Assembly (NCBI GenBank): GCA_963765205.1
Contig: CAVXVB010000005.1
Location: forward strand, 608,001-672,000
DNA length: 64,000 bases
Direction of reading: 5' to 3'
Origin: an uncultured Verrucomicrobiae bacterium
Lineage (GTDB): Bacteria > Verrucomicrobiota > Verrucomicrobiia > Opitutales > JABDGR01
The first letter of the stretch is position 1. Each line of letters begins with the position of its first letter. Below the pieces are notes generated by a model. The model had not been told where the DNA came from and made no database searches. It worked only from the letters and a program-made list of their open reading frames with translations. A program made the translations under genes and the position numbers. Below, one piece after another: positions 27,367 through 37,328 of the stretch.

Positions 27367-28389
27367 ATGAAAAAGCTCCTTCTTGCCGGCCTTTTGGGCC
27401 TTGCCACCCTTTCGGTGCATGCCGCCGATTCCGCCCCGACCTCGGTCACTCTGACCGGCTCTGGATCCACCTTCGTCAAGCCCATCATGGATATCTGGGC
27501 TGAAAATTACGGCAATGTGGATACGATGGTGAAAATCAGTTATGCTGGCGGTGGCTCCGGGGTGGGGCAAAAGAACATTTTGGACGGTACGGTTGATTTC
27601 GGCGGCTCGGATGGCCCGATGACCGATGCCCAGCTGGCGACCGCCAAAAGCAAAATTTTGCACCTGCCCGTGGTCGCGGGCGCGGTGGTTGTCATTTACA
27701 ATTTGCCGGGCGTGCCCACCCTCAAGTTCGATGGTGCGACGCTGGCCAATATCTTTCTCGGCAAAATCACCAAGTGGAGTGATCCCGCCATTGCCGCGCT
27801 TAATCCCGGCGTCAAGCTGCCGGACACGGATATTTCCTCGGTTCATCGCTCCGACGGCAGCGGCACCACCTACATATTCACGGATTACCTCTGCAGTGTG
27901 AGTCCGGAATGGAACAAAAATGTGGGCAAGAAAACGGCTGTTGAGTGGCCGGGCGGCGTCGGAGCATCGGGCAGCGCAGGTGTGACGGCCCAAGTGCAGA
28001 AGACCGCTGGCGGCATTGGCTACGTCGAACTGATCTACGCCCTCAGCAACAAGATCGCCTTTGCCGACATGAAGAACGCCGCCGGCAAATATGTCACGGC
28101 TTCCCTTGATGGAGTCAGCCAGGCACTGGCCACGGCCACGATTCCCGATGACTTCCGTTTTTCCTATGTCAACGCCCCGGGCGACGCATCCTACCCAATT
28201 TCCGGGGTCACCTGGCTGCTGGTTCCCCAGGTGTCGAAGGATCCGGCCAAGGGCCAAAAGCTGGTCGCGTTTCTCAAATGGATCTACACCGACTCGAAGG
28301 CCCAGAAGATGTCCGCTGATAAGTTTTACGCGCCCATCCCGGATGCGGTGGTCAAACGCATTCTTACTGCGATTGACACGATAAAGTAA
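27367..28389 (+). CDS. pstS: Phosphate ABC transporter substrate-binding protein
   Basis: GSGSTF, GGGSGVG, DFGGSD, HRSDGSGTT, IGYVE, YPISG. Confidence 0.97.
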   Translation: MKKLLLAGLLGLATLSVHAADSAPTSVTLTGSGSTFVKPIMDIWAENYGNVDTMVKISYAGGGSGVGQKNILDGTVDFGGSDGPMTDAQLATAKSKILHLPVVAGAVVVIYNLPGVPTLKFDGATLANIFLGKITKWSDPAIAALNPGVKLPDTDISSVHRSDGSGTTYIFTDYLCSVSPEWNKNVGKKTAVEWPGGVGASGSAGVTAQVQKTAGGIGYVELIYALSNKIAFADMKNAAGKYVTASLDGVSQALATATIPDDFRFSYVNAPGDASYPISGVTWLLVPQVSKDPAKGQKLVAFLKWIYTDSKAQKMSADKFYAPIPDAVVKRILTAIDTIK

Positions 28390-28430
28390 CCAAAATTTGC
28401 TGGCACATCAAGTGCTGAACATTCATTACC

Positions 28431-28468
28431 AAACCGGGCGGAGAGTCCCATCCTTTCCGTCCGGTTTT
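28431..28468 (+). terminator. Stem-loop with short U tract between pstS and pstC
   Basis: AAACCGGGCGGAGAG-N7-CTTTCCGTCCGGTTTT. Confidence 0.6.
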
Positions 28469-28478
28469 CTGTCTAATC

Positions 28479-29477
28479 ATGAATAAAGCCACGACCCAAG
28501 CCGTGCCGGTGAGCACGGCCGATTTACCGGCCAGCGCCGCCGACCTGCCCATGCCGAATCGCTTGGGCAACCGCTTGTTTGAGGGAGTGACCTTCCTGTC
28601 AGCGTCGATGATTGGGGTTTGTTTTCTCCTGGTTGCCTACGTTTTGGTTAAAGGCTCGGCAACCGCGATTAAGCAATATGGGTTTGGTTTTTTGACCAAT
28701 ATCCACTGGAATCCGGTGACGGAAAATTTCGGCGCTCTACCGTTCATCCTCGGCACGCTGTCCACTGCGGCCATCGCGCTGATTATTGCCGTGCCTCTTA
28801 GCATCGGTACGGCGAGTTTTCTGACGGATCTGGCGCCGCTGTGGATGCGCCAGCCTTTGACCTCGGTGATTGAAATGCTGGCCGCCGTGCCCAGTGTGAT
28901 TTGGGGTCTGTGGGGCTTGTTTGTGTTGCTGCCTTGGCTGCACGACAATGTCTATGTATGGATTAACAAGCATTTTAGCGGCATCCCGCTTTTTGCCGGA
29001 CCGATAGAGGGCGCCGGTTCCTGCATCCTCTCCGCTGGCATCATTGTGGCGATTATGATCCTGCCCATTGTCACCTCCGTCTCGCGCGAAATCCTGCGCT
29101 CGGTGCCGGATTTGCAACGCGAAGCCGCCTACGGTTTGGGTGCCACCCGCTGGGAAGTCACCCGCATCGCCGTGCTGAGTTACGCGCGCCGTGGGTTGAT
29201 GGGTGCGGCGGTACTCGGCTTGGGCCGAGCCTTGGGCGAGACCATGGCGGTCACGATGGTGGTCGGCAATAGCCCGGTCATCCATGCCTCGTTGTTGCAG
29301 CCCGGCTGGACTTTGGCCAGCGTGATTGCCAACCAATTTGGCGAAGCCTCGGATGATTTGATGCGCAGCGTGCTCTTCGAAATCGGCTTGGTACTGGTCG
29401 GCGTCACGATTCTCGTCAATATCGGCGCGCTTATCTTGATTCGTTCCATTGAAACCGCCGGTTCGCGCCGGGCCTGA
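28479..29477 (+). CDS. pstC: Phosphate ABC transporter permease
   Basis: EMLAAVPSVIWGLWG, EAAYGLGATRWE, LGRALGETMAV. Confidence 0.97.
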   Translation: MNKATTQAVPVSTADLPASAADLPMPNRLGNRLFEGVTFLSASMIGVCFLLVAYVLVKGSATAIKQYGFGFLTNIHWNPVTENFGALPFILGTLSTAAIALIIAVPLSIGTASFLTDLAPLWMRQPLTSVIEMLAAVPSVIWGLWGLFVLLPWLHDNVYVWINKHFSGIPLFAGPIEGAGSCILSAGIIVAIMILPIVTSVSREILRSVPDLQREAAYGLGATRWEVTRIAVLSYARRGLMGAAVLGLGRALGETMAVTMVVGNSPVIHASLLQPGWTLASVIANQFGEASDDLMRSVLFEIGLVLVGVTILVNIGALILIRSIETAGSRRA

Positions 29478-29517
29478 AGTTGTTTTTCCATTTTTCCTTT
29501 TCAAGCTAACGCCCGCC

Positions 29518-30360
29518 ATGAACTCCCGCTACGATAATTATCGCAAGTTGAAAAGCTCATTCATGAGTTTTCTGGCGGTGGTTTGCGCCTTGCTGGTGGT
29601 GTTGCCGCTGTTCCTTGTGCTATTTCACTTGCTGAAGATGGGCTTTAGTTCGCTCAACTGGGATTTTTTCACGAAACTGCCCAAAGGGGCCGGGGAGGAA
29701 GGCGGCGGCATGGCCAACGGCATCGTCGGCACGCTGGAACTCATGGGTTTGGCTTTGGTGATGGGCGTTCCGCTGGGACTGCTTGGCGGGATTTATCTCT
29801 CGGAATATGGTTCTGAAAAAGTGAATGGACTGATCCGGTTTGGCGCCGACGTGCTCAATGGTGTGCCCTCGATTGTCTGGGGCTTGGTTGGTTACACGCT
29901 GGTGGTGGTTCCTATGGGAGGTTATTCCGCACTTTCGGGAGGTATTGCGCTGGCCTTCATCATGTTGCCCCTCGTGCTGCGCACCACGGAAGAAGTCCTG
30001 GTGCTGGTTCCCAATTCTTACCGCGAAGCCGGCATGGCCCTTGGCATCCCGCGCTGGAAGATCACCTTTAACATCGTGTTGCGTACGGCTTTCAAAGGCA
30101 TCATCACGGGCGTCCTGCTCGCGCTCGGCCGCGTGGCGGGCGAGACGGCGCCGATTCTTTTCACTGCACTCGGCAGTTCGGTTTGGAATACCAGCATCAA
30201 GGAGCCGATTTCGGCGCTGCCCATCCAAATCTATTATTACGCGATCTCCCCATTCGCCGACCAGAACCGCCAAGCATGGGCCGGCGCGCTGGTGCTGATT
30301 TTGATGGTCTTCCTGCTGAGCGCCTCGGTTCGAGTGCTGTCCAGCCGCCGCAAAAAATGA
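29518..30360 (+). CDS. pstA: Phosphate ABC transporter permease
   Basis: GVPSIVWG, RTTEEVL, REAGMALG, GRVAGETAP. Confidence 0.97.
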   Translation: MNSRYDNYRKLKSSFMSFLAVVCALLVVLPLFLVLFHLLKMGFSSLNWDFFTKLPKGAGEEGGGMANGIVGTLELMGLALVMGVPLGLLGGIYLSEYGSEKVNGLIRFGADVLNGVPSIVWGLVGYTLVVVPMGGYSALSGGIALAFIMLPLVLRTTEEVLVLVPNSYREAGMALGIPRWKITFNIVLRTAFKGIITGVLLALGRVAGETAPILFTALGSSVWNTSIKEPISALPIQIYYYAISPFADQNRQAWAGALVLILMVFLLSASVRVLSSRRKK

Positions 30361-30384
30361 GCGAATGTTGCTCGCCTTTTCACC

Positions 30385-31272
30385 ATGAATCCCGTTATTA
30401 CCAACAAGCCTTTCGTTATGAGCGACCCCGTCAAACCCGCCGCCCCTGCACCGGTGCAACCGCCCGCGCCGGCTTCGACTCCCGCGCCCGTGGCCCCCGC
30501 GCCCGCCGCGCCGCTGGAAATCGCCTTTGACATCCAGGACTTGAGCATTTTTTACGGCACTCACCAAGCCGTAAAGAACGTCACCATGCACATTCCCTCG
30601 GGCAGTGTGACGGCCATCATCGGCCCCAGCGGCTGCGGCAAGTCCACCGCCCTGCGCGCGCTCAACCGCATGCACGAGCTGACGCCCGGCGCCCGCCACA
30701 CCGGCAAAATTTTGATGAAGGGCCAGGATCTATACGGCCCCGGCATTGACGCGACCGTGGTGCGCCGCCGCGTCGGCATGGTATTCCAGAAATCGAATCC
30801 CTTCCCCACGCTTTCGATTGCGGAAAACGTCCTTGTCGGCCTGCGGCTCAACGGCGTGCGCGACAAGGCTTTTCTCAACAAGCGCCTCGAAGAGTCGCTG
30901 CGCATGGCGGCGCTGTGGGACGAGGTGAAGGACTTCCTCAACCGCCCCGGCACCGGCCTCTCCGGCGGCCAGCAGCAGCGCCTGTGCATCGCGCGCGCGC
31001 TGGCCGTGCGCCCGGAAATTTTGCTGATGGACGAGCCGTGCTCCGCACTCGACCCCATCGCGACCGCCAAGGTCGAAGAGCTCATCCACGCGCTCAAGTC
31101 GCAATACACCGTCGTCATCGTCACCCACAACATGCAGCAGGCCGCGCGTGTGTCGGAAAAGACGGCCTTCTTCTACATGGGCAAGCTGATTGAATACGGC
31201 CCCACCGAGCAAATTTTCATGAATCCGAAAGACCCGCAGACCGAAGCGTATGTGTCCGGGAGGTTCGGTTGA
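30385..31272 (+). CDS. pstB: Phosphate ABC transporter ATPase
   Basis: [41 protein letters not shown]. Confidence 0.98.
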   Translation: MNPVITNKPFVMSDPVKPAAPAPVQPPAPASTPAPVAPAPAAPLEIAFDIQDLSIFYGTHQAVKNVTMHIPSGSVTAIIGPSGCGKSTALRALNRMHELTPGARHTGKILMKGQDLYGPGIDATVVRRRVGMVFQKSNPFPTLSIAENVLVGLRLNGVRDKAFLNKRLEESLRMAALWDEVKDFLNRPGTGLSGGQQQRLCIARALAVRPEILLMDEPCSALDPIATAKVEELIHALKSQYTVVIVTHNMQQAARVSEKTAFFYMGKLIEYGPTEQIFMNPKDPQTEAYVSGRFG

Positions 31273-31277
31273 TTTAT

Positions 31278-31374
31278 CAGAAGGTGGAATATAGAAGGCA
31301 GGAGGTAGAATAATTCATTGCCACTGCCGACTGTTTTTACCTTCTAGATTCCACCTCCTACCTTCTACCTTCTA
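31278..31374. repeat. Inverted pair of heptamer arrays (AGAAGGT / ACCTTCT)
   Basis: agaaggt ggaatat agaaggc aggaggt aga ... accttct agattcc acctcct accttct accttct between pstB and phoU. Confidence 0.8.
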
Positions 31375-31379
31375 AAAAA

Positions 31380-32054
31380 ATGAAACGCTACTTTCACCAC
31401 GAACTCGAGGACCTGCGCAAGCACCTCATCCTCATGGGCGAGCGCACGATTGATTCCGTGCGCCTGGCCATGCAAGCACTCCTCGCGGACGACGTGTCCA
31501 TGGCCGGCCAGGTCATCGCCCTGGACGACGAAATTGACCGGCTCGAGGTGCTGATTGACGCCGAGTGCGTGCGCTACATCACCCTGCGCCAGCCGGTGGC
31601 CCACGACGTGCGCCTGATGACCGTCGCCATGAAGGCCAACCACGAACTCGAACGCGCCGGCGACGAGGCCACCAGCATTGCCAAGCGCGCCCGCCGCCTC
31701 GCCGAATTCGGCAAAGTGGACGATTTCTTCAATATCCCCCGCATGGGCGACCTCGCCCTCGAACAACTCCGCGACGCGATGGATTCCTTCATTGCCGAAG
31801 ACGCGGACAAGGCGATCCTCGTGCCCCGGCGCGACAAGGAAGTGGACGACCTCAACCGCGAAAATTATGTCCGGATCACCGACAAAATTTCCGCGCACCC
31901 GGAGACCTCGCATGCCAACATCGAGCTGATTTTCATTTCCAAGTCCCTTGAGCGCATCGCCGACCACGCCACCAACATCGCCGAGGAAGTCGTCTATTTG
32001 CTCAAAGGCGAGGATGTACGCCACACGCCTGAAGTCCGGCGGTCGGTGATGTAG
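31380..32054 (+). CDS. phoU: Phosphate signalling protein PhoU
   Basis: DDEIDRLE, RQPVAHDVR, LERAGD, LERIADHATNIAEEV. Confidence 0.97.
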   Translation: MKRYFHHELEDLRKHLILMGERTIDSVRLAMQALLADDVSMAGQVIALDDEIDRLEVLIDAECVRYITLRQPVAHDVRLMTVAMKANHELERAGDEATSIAKRARRLAEFGKVDDFFNIPRMGDLALEQLRDAMDSFIAEDADKAILVPRRDKEVDDLNRENYVRITDKISAHPETSHANIELIFISKSLERIADHATNIAEEVVYLLKGEDVRHTPEVRRSVM

Positions 32055-32142
32055 TTGCCTTTGCGGCCACCCCATGGGCCGCGCTAACCCTTATGCTTCC
32101 GCGCCCTCCGGCGCTCCGGGATGGAGCTTCTCTTTGTTTGTC

Positions 32143-32553
32143 ATGAGTAATCTCACTGCTGTGCAACGTCTTTACGCCGCCTTGGCCCAGGGCGATCACG
32201 CCATCGCGCGCGAGTTGTTCGCGCCCGAGATCGAATGGATTCACACGGCGGGCTTTCCCGGCGGCGGCCGGCATGTCGGGGCCGAGGCGGTGGTGCATGA
32301 GGTATTTGACCAGCATCGCGATGACTGGACGGAATGGCAGGCCGTCGTCCACCAATGGCTTGAAATGGGCGACACCGTGGTGGCGCTCGGCGAATACCGG
32401 GGCACCAGCCGCGAGACCGCCCGTTTCATGACGGCCGCCTTTGCCCATGTTTACGACCTGCAAGACGGCAAAATCATCCGCTTCCGTGAATACGCCGACA
32501 CCGCCCACATCCGCGACGCCCTGCCACCCCACGTCCACACCCGGCCAATTTAA
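32143..32553 (+). CDS. NTF2-like / SnoaL-like protein
   Basis: VQRLYAALAQGD, IEW...GFPGGG, FAHVYDLQDGKIIRFREYADT. Confidence 0.85.
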   Translation: MSNLTAVQRLYAALAQGDHAIARELFAPEIEWIHTAGFPGGGRHVGAEAVVHEVFDQHRDDWTEWQAVVHQWLEMGDTVVALGEYRGTSRETARFMTAAFAHVYDLQDGKIIRFREYADTAHIRDALPPHVHTRPI

Positions 32554-32722
32554 GCGGGCGGGCCGAACTTAAGGCTGATGTTCAATGCGAGGACAGGAAG
32601 GATGCAGAGTGGAAACTTTGCAAAAACTGTTTTTCAAATGAATCCCTTTTGGCGCTCTTTGCACCTTGGCGGCGCATCGTTGTCTTGGGGTTAAAACTCC
32701 CCCTTCATCGGCAAGAAGAACG

Positions 32723-33360
32723 CTAATTGCCGCCTTGGCGACTAACTGTTTTGCCGCTTGTGCTTTTCGGGCCATGGCGTTCAAGCAGGCCGTGGACAAT
32801 GGCCTTCCCCGCGCCGCCTGTGCCATGGATGGCTTCCTGACGGCGGCTGGCGTGCATATTTTTGGAGAGACCGCCGATGTAGGTTTCATCGCTTTCGACT
32901 TCGCCCGCGAACTTTTTGAAGGTGCCGGACTGCATCGCAACGCGGACACGGTGAAGCATATGCCACGCACTCGCCTGCCTGACACCCAACGCGCGGGCCA
33001 GTTCGCAACTGCTAATACCGTTCTTTGCGTTGGAAATGCTCCATACGGCGACGAACCATTTATTGAGGGGTAGAGGGCTATCCTCAAAAATCGTGCCTAC
33101 CTTGACCGAAAACTGCTTGCGGCAGCCCTTGGCGCGGCATTGATACATCCGGCGGCTGGCAATGTTGCCAATGTCTTGACCGCCGCACGCGGGGCAGGTA
33201 GGCTTGCCATCGGGCCACTTGATGCTCGCCATGTAGGTATGGCAAACGTCAAGGTCAGCAAAGTATTCGACTGCCTGCATGAGGGTTTGTGGACTGGTTT
33301 TCTCTGTATTCATGCCCTCAATATAGCACAGATTCTTGATGATTCAAGCGTATAATTGCC
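32723..33360 (-). mobile_element. Truncated IS1595-family element (transposase ORF 32723..33313)
   Basis: Zn ribbon WPDGKPTCPACG...YQC..KGCRKQFSV..GTIFEDS, GISSCELAR, VESDETYIGG; later catalytic motifs missing; left end GGCAATTATA at 33360. Confidence 0.88.
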
Positions 33361-33431
33361 CAAATTAGGACACTGCCAAGGATTGAAAGAATATCGTTTT
33401 TTGGCGCGGGTTGTTTTGGATAAGAAAATTA

Positions 33432-33519
33432 AACCACGGAGGACACGGTGAACACGGAGCCGAATTCAACCCGAAACCCGAAACTAACTTTCTCCGTGTC
33501 CTCCGTGCGCTCCGTGGTT
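33432..33519. repeat. Inverted-repeat element with CACGGAG 9-mer arms
   Basis: aaccacggaggacacggtgaacacggag ... ctccgtgtcctccgtgcgctccgtggtt. Confidence 0.88.
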
Positions 33520-33526
33520 AAAATCT

Positions 33527-35071
33527 TCATTTCCCTGGCGTTCCCCCACTCGGGTCGGTCGGCGTTCCGCCCGCGCCGCCGACCTCAGCCGACACCGAAG
33601 CGGTGTTGGCTACCAAGACCGGCCCGGCAAATTCGAGGGCGGCCACCGACACATCCGGGTCGGGCGCGGCGCCCGGCAGCGTTACCACCAGGCCCGCGTC
33701 CGTCATCGTCGTGTTCACCGCGGCGCCATTGGCCAGCAACCGGCCGGACCGCGCGGCTTGTTTAAGGCCTGGCAAAAGTATTTTCCCATCCTCGGGCCAG
33801 TCCCACACATGCAGGTAAAGCGTCGTGCTGCCGTTGGGTTCGGCCTTTAGCGTCGCGCGCCCCCACGGGAGCGGGTCAACGTAAGGCCCGGCCTCCGTGG
33901 CATAAATCGCCGCGCCGTTGGTTTTCAGCCAGCGGCCCATCGCCATCAGCCGGTCCACTTCCGGTTGCGGAATCACCCCTGCGGCGGTCGGCCCGATATT
34001 CAAGAGATAATTGCCGCCCTTGCTCGCAATGTCCGAAAGATTGTGGATGAGCGTCTGCGCGGATTTCCAATTGGTGTCCCCGGCGTTATAACCCCACGAG
34101 TTGTTGATCGTCATGCAGACCTCGAATCCGCGGCCCAACGGGTCGGTGGCGATTTGCTGTTCCGGCGTCGCCGTGTCCCCCAGCACGCCCCCGCCCAGGC
34201 GGTTATTCATGATGAGGTCGGGATGGGACGCGACCAAATCAAAGAAGGGTTTCGCACGCTCGGGTGTCATCGAGTATTCCGTGTCAAAAAACAGATACGC
34301 CGGATGGTATTTGTCCAGCAGTTCGCGCACCTGGGGCAGCGCAATGGTTTTGAGATACTCGTCAAAATCGCCCTTCTTTTGCTCGTCGTCCCACGGCTGC
34401 GTGTTGCCCTTGCCTCCGCCGAGGTTCACCCAGTCCTGCGACTGCGAATAATACAGGCCAAATTTGATGCCCTTCGCGCGCACCGCGTCGGCCAGCGGTT
34501 GCAACAAATCCCGGCCCGCGGCGGACGCCTTCACCGCGTTCCAGTCGGAATACTGGGAATCATACAGCGTGAACCCATCGTGGTGCTTCGCGGTGATGAC
34601 CATATATTTCGCGCCCGCGTCCGCGATCAGTTGCGCCCACGCCTGCGGATCATATTTCGCCGCCGTGAAGCCCTTCGCATACGCCTTGTAATCCGCCACC
34701 GGCACCTTGCCCTGGTTAATATACCATTCGCCCCGCGCCGGCACCGCATAAACGCCCCAATGGATGAAAATGCCAAACCGCGCCTCGTGAAACCATTGCA
34801 TCCGCGCCGCGCGCGCCGCCTGCGTTTCATGGCGGACCATTACCGGGTAGGCGGGCAGCCCGGCCCCGCCTTCATGGAGAAAAATCCCCGAGGAATTATT
34901 GCCGCCGCCTGCGCCGCGGTTGCCCCGCCGACCCGTGCCCACTGGCGCCGTCCCCCCCGCCGAAGCCGCCGCGGGTGACGGCGCGGTTGCAGGAGCCGGC
35001 GCATCCGCCGCAAATATAATAAAGGGCCCAACAGCCAGCGCGAAAAAAAAGGCGATGATTTTTATATTCAT
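33527..35071 (-). CDS. Alpha-L-fucosidase (GH29), secreted
   Basis: WFHEARFGIFIHWGVY, AGAKYMVITAKHHDGF, NNRLG, SWGY, SKGGNYLLNIGP. Confidence 0.93.
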   Translation of the reverse strand: MNIKIIAFFFALAVGPFIIFAADAPAPATAPSPAAASAGGTAPVGTGRRGNRGAGGGNNSSGIFLHEGGAGLPAYPVMVRHETQAARAARMQWFHEARFGIFIHWGVYAVPARGEWYINQGKVPVADYKAYAKGFTAAKYDPQAWAQLIADAGAKYMVITAKHHDGFTLYDSQYSDWNAVKASAAGRDLLQPLADAVRAKGIKFGLYYSQSQDWVNLGGGKGNTQPWDDEQKKGDFDEYLKTIALPQVRELLDKYHPAYLFFDTEYSMTPERAKPFFDLVASHPDLIMNNRLGGGVLGDTATPEQQIATDPLGRGFEVCMTINNSWGYNAGDTNWKSAQTLIHNLSDIASKGGNYLLNIGPTAAGVIPQPEVDRLMAMGRWLKTNGAAIYATEAGPYVDPLPWGRATLKAEPNGSTTLYLHVWDWPEDGKILLPGLKQAARSGRLLANGAAVNTTMTDAGLVVTLPGAAPDPDVSVAALEFAGPVLVANTASVSAEVGGAGGTPTDPSGGTPGK

Positions 35072-35303
35072 GGGACACAGGGGGTATAATTGCCTAACTT
35101 GGCCATAATCCTTCTCTCGCCAGAACGTTAAATCAAGGCATTTATAGGTCATAATCTTGTCCACATTGAGGGGACAATTATTTATCGAGTGGCGTCTGTG
35201 TTTGCATTTCACGCCTTTGCCTATCGGCTTACGAGGATGACACCCGCGCGGCACTCCACTCCATTTTCTCGATCTTCGCGTCTGGGCGGTGAAGGATTCT
35301 GCC

Positions 35304-36551
35304 TCACTTTGCCGAAAACCGATACTCCGTCTCGCTCGTGAAGGCCTCGCCCGGACGCAGGATGATCGAGGGGAAATTGGGGTGGTGGACGGCGTCCGGA
35401 AAATGCTGGGTTTCGAGGGCGATAAAGCCTGGCGCGCGCCCGCCGCGGCCCGCAGGAGCGCCGGCGCTCAACGTGCTGGTGTAGAGTTGGATGCCCGGCT
35501 GGTTCGTCCAGACTTCCATGATGCGGCCCGTCGTCGGCTCGGAAACCCGCGCCGCAAACGTCAGCGCGCTCCCCGCATCCTTGTCCTTATTCAAGACGAA
35601 GCTGTGGTCGTAATGCGGGCCGGCGCCAAGCTGCGCGGCCCGCGCGCCGAGCGCCGTCGGCTGCGTGAAGTCCATGGCCGTGTCCTTCACCGGAGCAATC
35701 TCTCCCGTCGGGATGAGCGTCGCGTCCGCCACCGTGTAACGGTCGGCGTTGATCATCAATTCATAATTGCTCGGATTGCCCGTGCCGCCCGCGAGGTTGA
35801 AATAGGCGTGGTTCGTCAGGTTCACCGGCGTCGCTTTATCCGTCGTGGCGGAGTATTCCAAGCGGAAGGTGTTTTGGTCGGTCAGCGTGTAGGTGACGCT
35901 CACGGTGAGCGTCCCCGGGAAACCCTCCTCGCCATCCATGCTCACGTAGGTGAGCTTGACCGCCGGCTCGCCAGCCTTGTCCATGGCCAGCACTCGCGCC
36001 TTCCAGATGACTTTATTGAAGCCGATCTTTCCACCATGCAGCGTGTTCGCGCCATCATTGGCAAACAGCTTGTAATCGTGCCCGTCGAGCGTGAAACCCG
36101 CCCCGGCGATGCGGTTGGCCACCCGGCCCATCACCGACGCGAGCTGGTTAAACTGCAGGAAATTCGCCGGCGCCGCCGGGGCCAGCACCACATTCGCAAA
36201 TTTCCCGTCGCGATTAGGTACGCTCACCTCGACGATGGTCGCCCCGTAAGAGATTATCTTCACCTCCGCGCCGTGGTGGTTGGTCAGCGTATACAAATCC
36301 ACCTTCGCGCCATCCGCCGTTTGGCCGTAAGCGGATTCGACCACCCCAGCAAGCGCGGAAGCTTGAGACGCGGCGGGCACCGGGGTCGGAGCGGGAGTTG
36401 GGGCAGGTGGAATGTTCCGCGCGCCCGCCGCCGGTGCCAAAGCTGTCGCAGCCCCGCCCTCCGGCGCCGTTTCAGCCGCCGACACGCTCCCGCCCAGCAG
36501 CACGCCCGCGGCAAACAATCCAAGAACCTTGACCTCGGGCAGGAACTTCAT
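35304..36551 (-). CDS. galM: Aldose 1-epimerase with signal peptide
   Basis: GRVANRI, LHGG, GEEGFPG, NLTNHAYFNL, YDHSF, ETQHFPD. Confidence 0.95.
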   Translation of the reverse strand: MKFLPEVKVLGLFAAGVLLGGSVSAAETAPEGGAATALAPAAGARNIPPAPTPAPTPVPAASQASALAGVVESAYGQTADGAKVDLYTLTNHHGAEVKIISYGATIVEVSVPNRDGKFANVVLAPAAPANFLQFNQLASVMGRVANRIAGAGFTLDGHDYKLFANDGANTLHGGKIGFNKVIWKARVLAMDKAGEPAVKLTYVSMDGEEGFPGTLTVSVTYTLTDQNTFRLEYSATTDKATPVNLTNHAYFNLAGGTGNPSNYELMINADRYTVADATLIPTGEIAPVKDTAMDFTQPTALGARAAQLGAGPHYDHSFVLNKDKDAGSALTFAARVSEPTTGRIMEVWTNQPGIQLYTSTLSAGAPAGRGGRAPGFIALETQHFPDAVHHPNFPSIILRPGEAFTSETEYRFSAK

Positions 36552-37213
36552 GAGTGGGTTTTCAACGAGGATTCAATCGCCGCCTGCGCGGCCCGATACT
36601 GCGGCTCTAAATCTCCCAGGGCGGAAATGCACATGCCCAGATTGCGGATGAGTCCATCTTTAAGCCCGTAAATCCAGCTATGCACTGTCAACGGCTGCCC
36701 CCGTTGCCAGGCGTCGCGCGCAATCGAGGTGTGGCACACGTTCGCCACTTGTTCGATCACATTGAACTCGCACAAAACATTTGTCCGCAATTCGTCCCCG
36801 CGCGGCAGATGGACGCTGGCCCGGTGCTTCTCGGCGACATCCTGCACATGGCGCAGCCAGTTGTCGGCCAGCCCGATCCGGTCGCCCCGCAGCGCCGCGC
36901 GCACGCCGCTGCACCCATAATGCCCGCACACGATGATGTGCCGCACCTTCAGCACATCCACCGCGAACTGCATCACCGACAGGCAGTTCAAATCCGTATG
37001 CACCACCACGTTGGCGATGTTGCGGTGGACGAACAGCTCGCCCGGCAGCAGGTTCACGATCTCGTTGGCCGGCACCCGGCTGTCCGAACACCCGATCCAC
37101 AAATACTCGGGCGACTGCTGGCGCGACAGCTTCGGGAAAAACTCCGGGTCGCGCGCCCGGATGGCGTCCGCCCACGCGCGGTTCTGCGCAAAGAGATGTT
37201 GCAAAGGTCCCAT
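36548..37213 (-). CDS. can: Beta-class carbonic anhydrase
   Basis: WIGCSDSRVP, FVHRNIAN, CGHYGCSG. Confidence 0.97.
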   Translation of the reverse strand: MGPLQHLFAQNRAWADAIRARDPEFFPKLSRQQSPEYLWIGCSDSRVPANEIVNLLPGELFVHRNIANVVVHTDLNCLSVMQFAVDVLKVRHIIVCGHYGCSGVRAALRGDRIGLADNWLRHVQDVAEKHRASVHLPRGDELRTNVLCEFNVIEQVANVCHTSIARDAWQRGQPLTVHSWIYGLKDGLIRNLGMCISALGDLEPQYRAAQAAIESSLKTHS

Positions 37214-37328
37214 GGCGCCCCCCATCCTCCGCGCCCCCGCCGCCTTGTCGATAGAAATTTTCTGCTCCTACTACGCCGCCCGCAAACCTGCGCTCGCCAA
37301 ACGACCGCCCATCCCTTAAATTGGCCGC

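Noticed and set aside
33365..33378. TTAGGACACTGCC and GGCAGTGTTTCC (3978) as IS ends
   Set aside because: Only about 8 bp shared, 29 kb apart, with no matching transposase or target duplication
35101..35160. GGYCATAATCYT direct repeat upstream of the fucosidase
   Set aside because: Two copies only, no adjacent regulator; cannot be separated from chance
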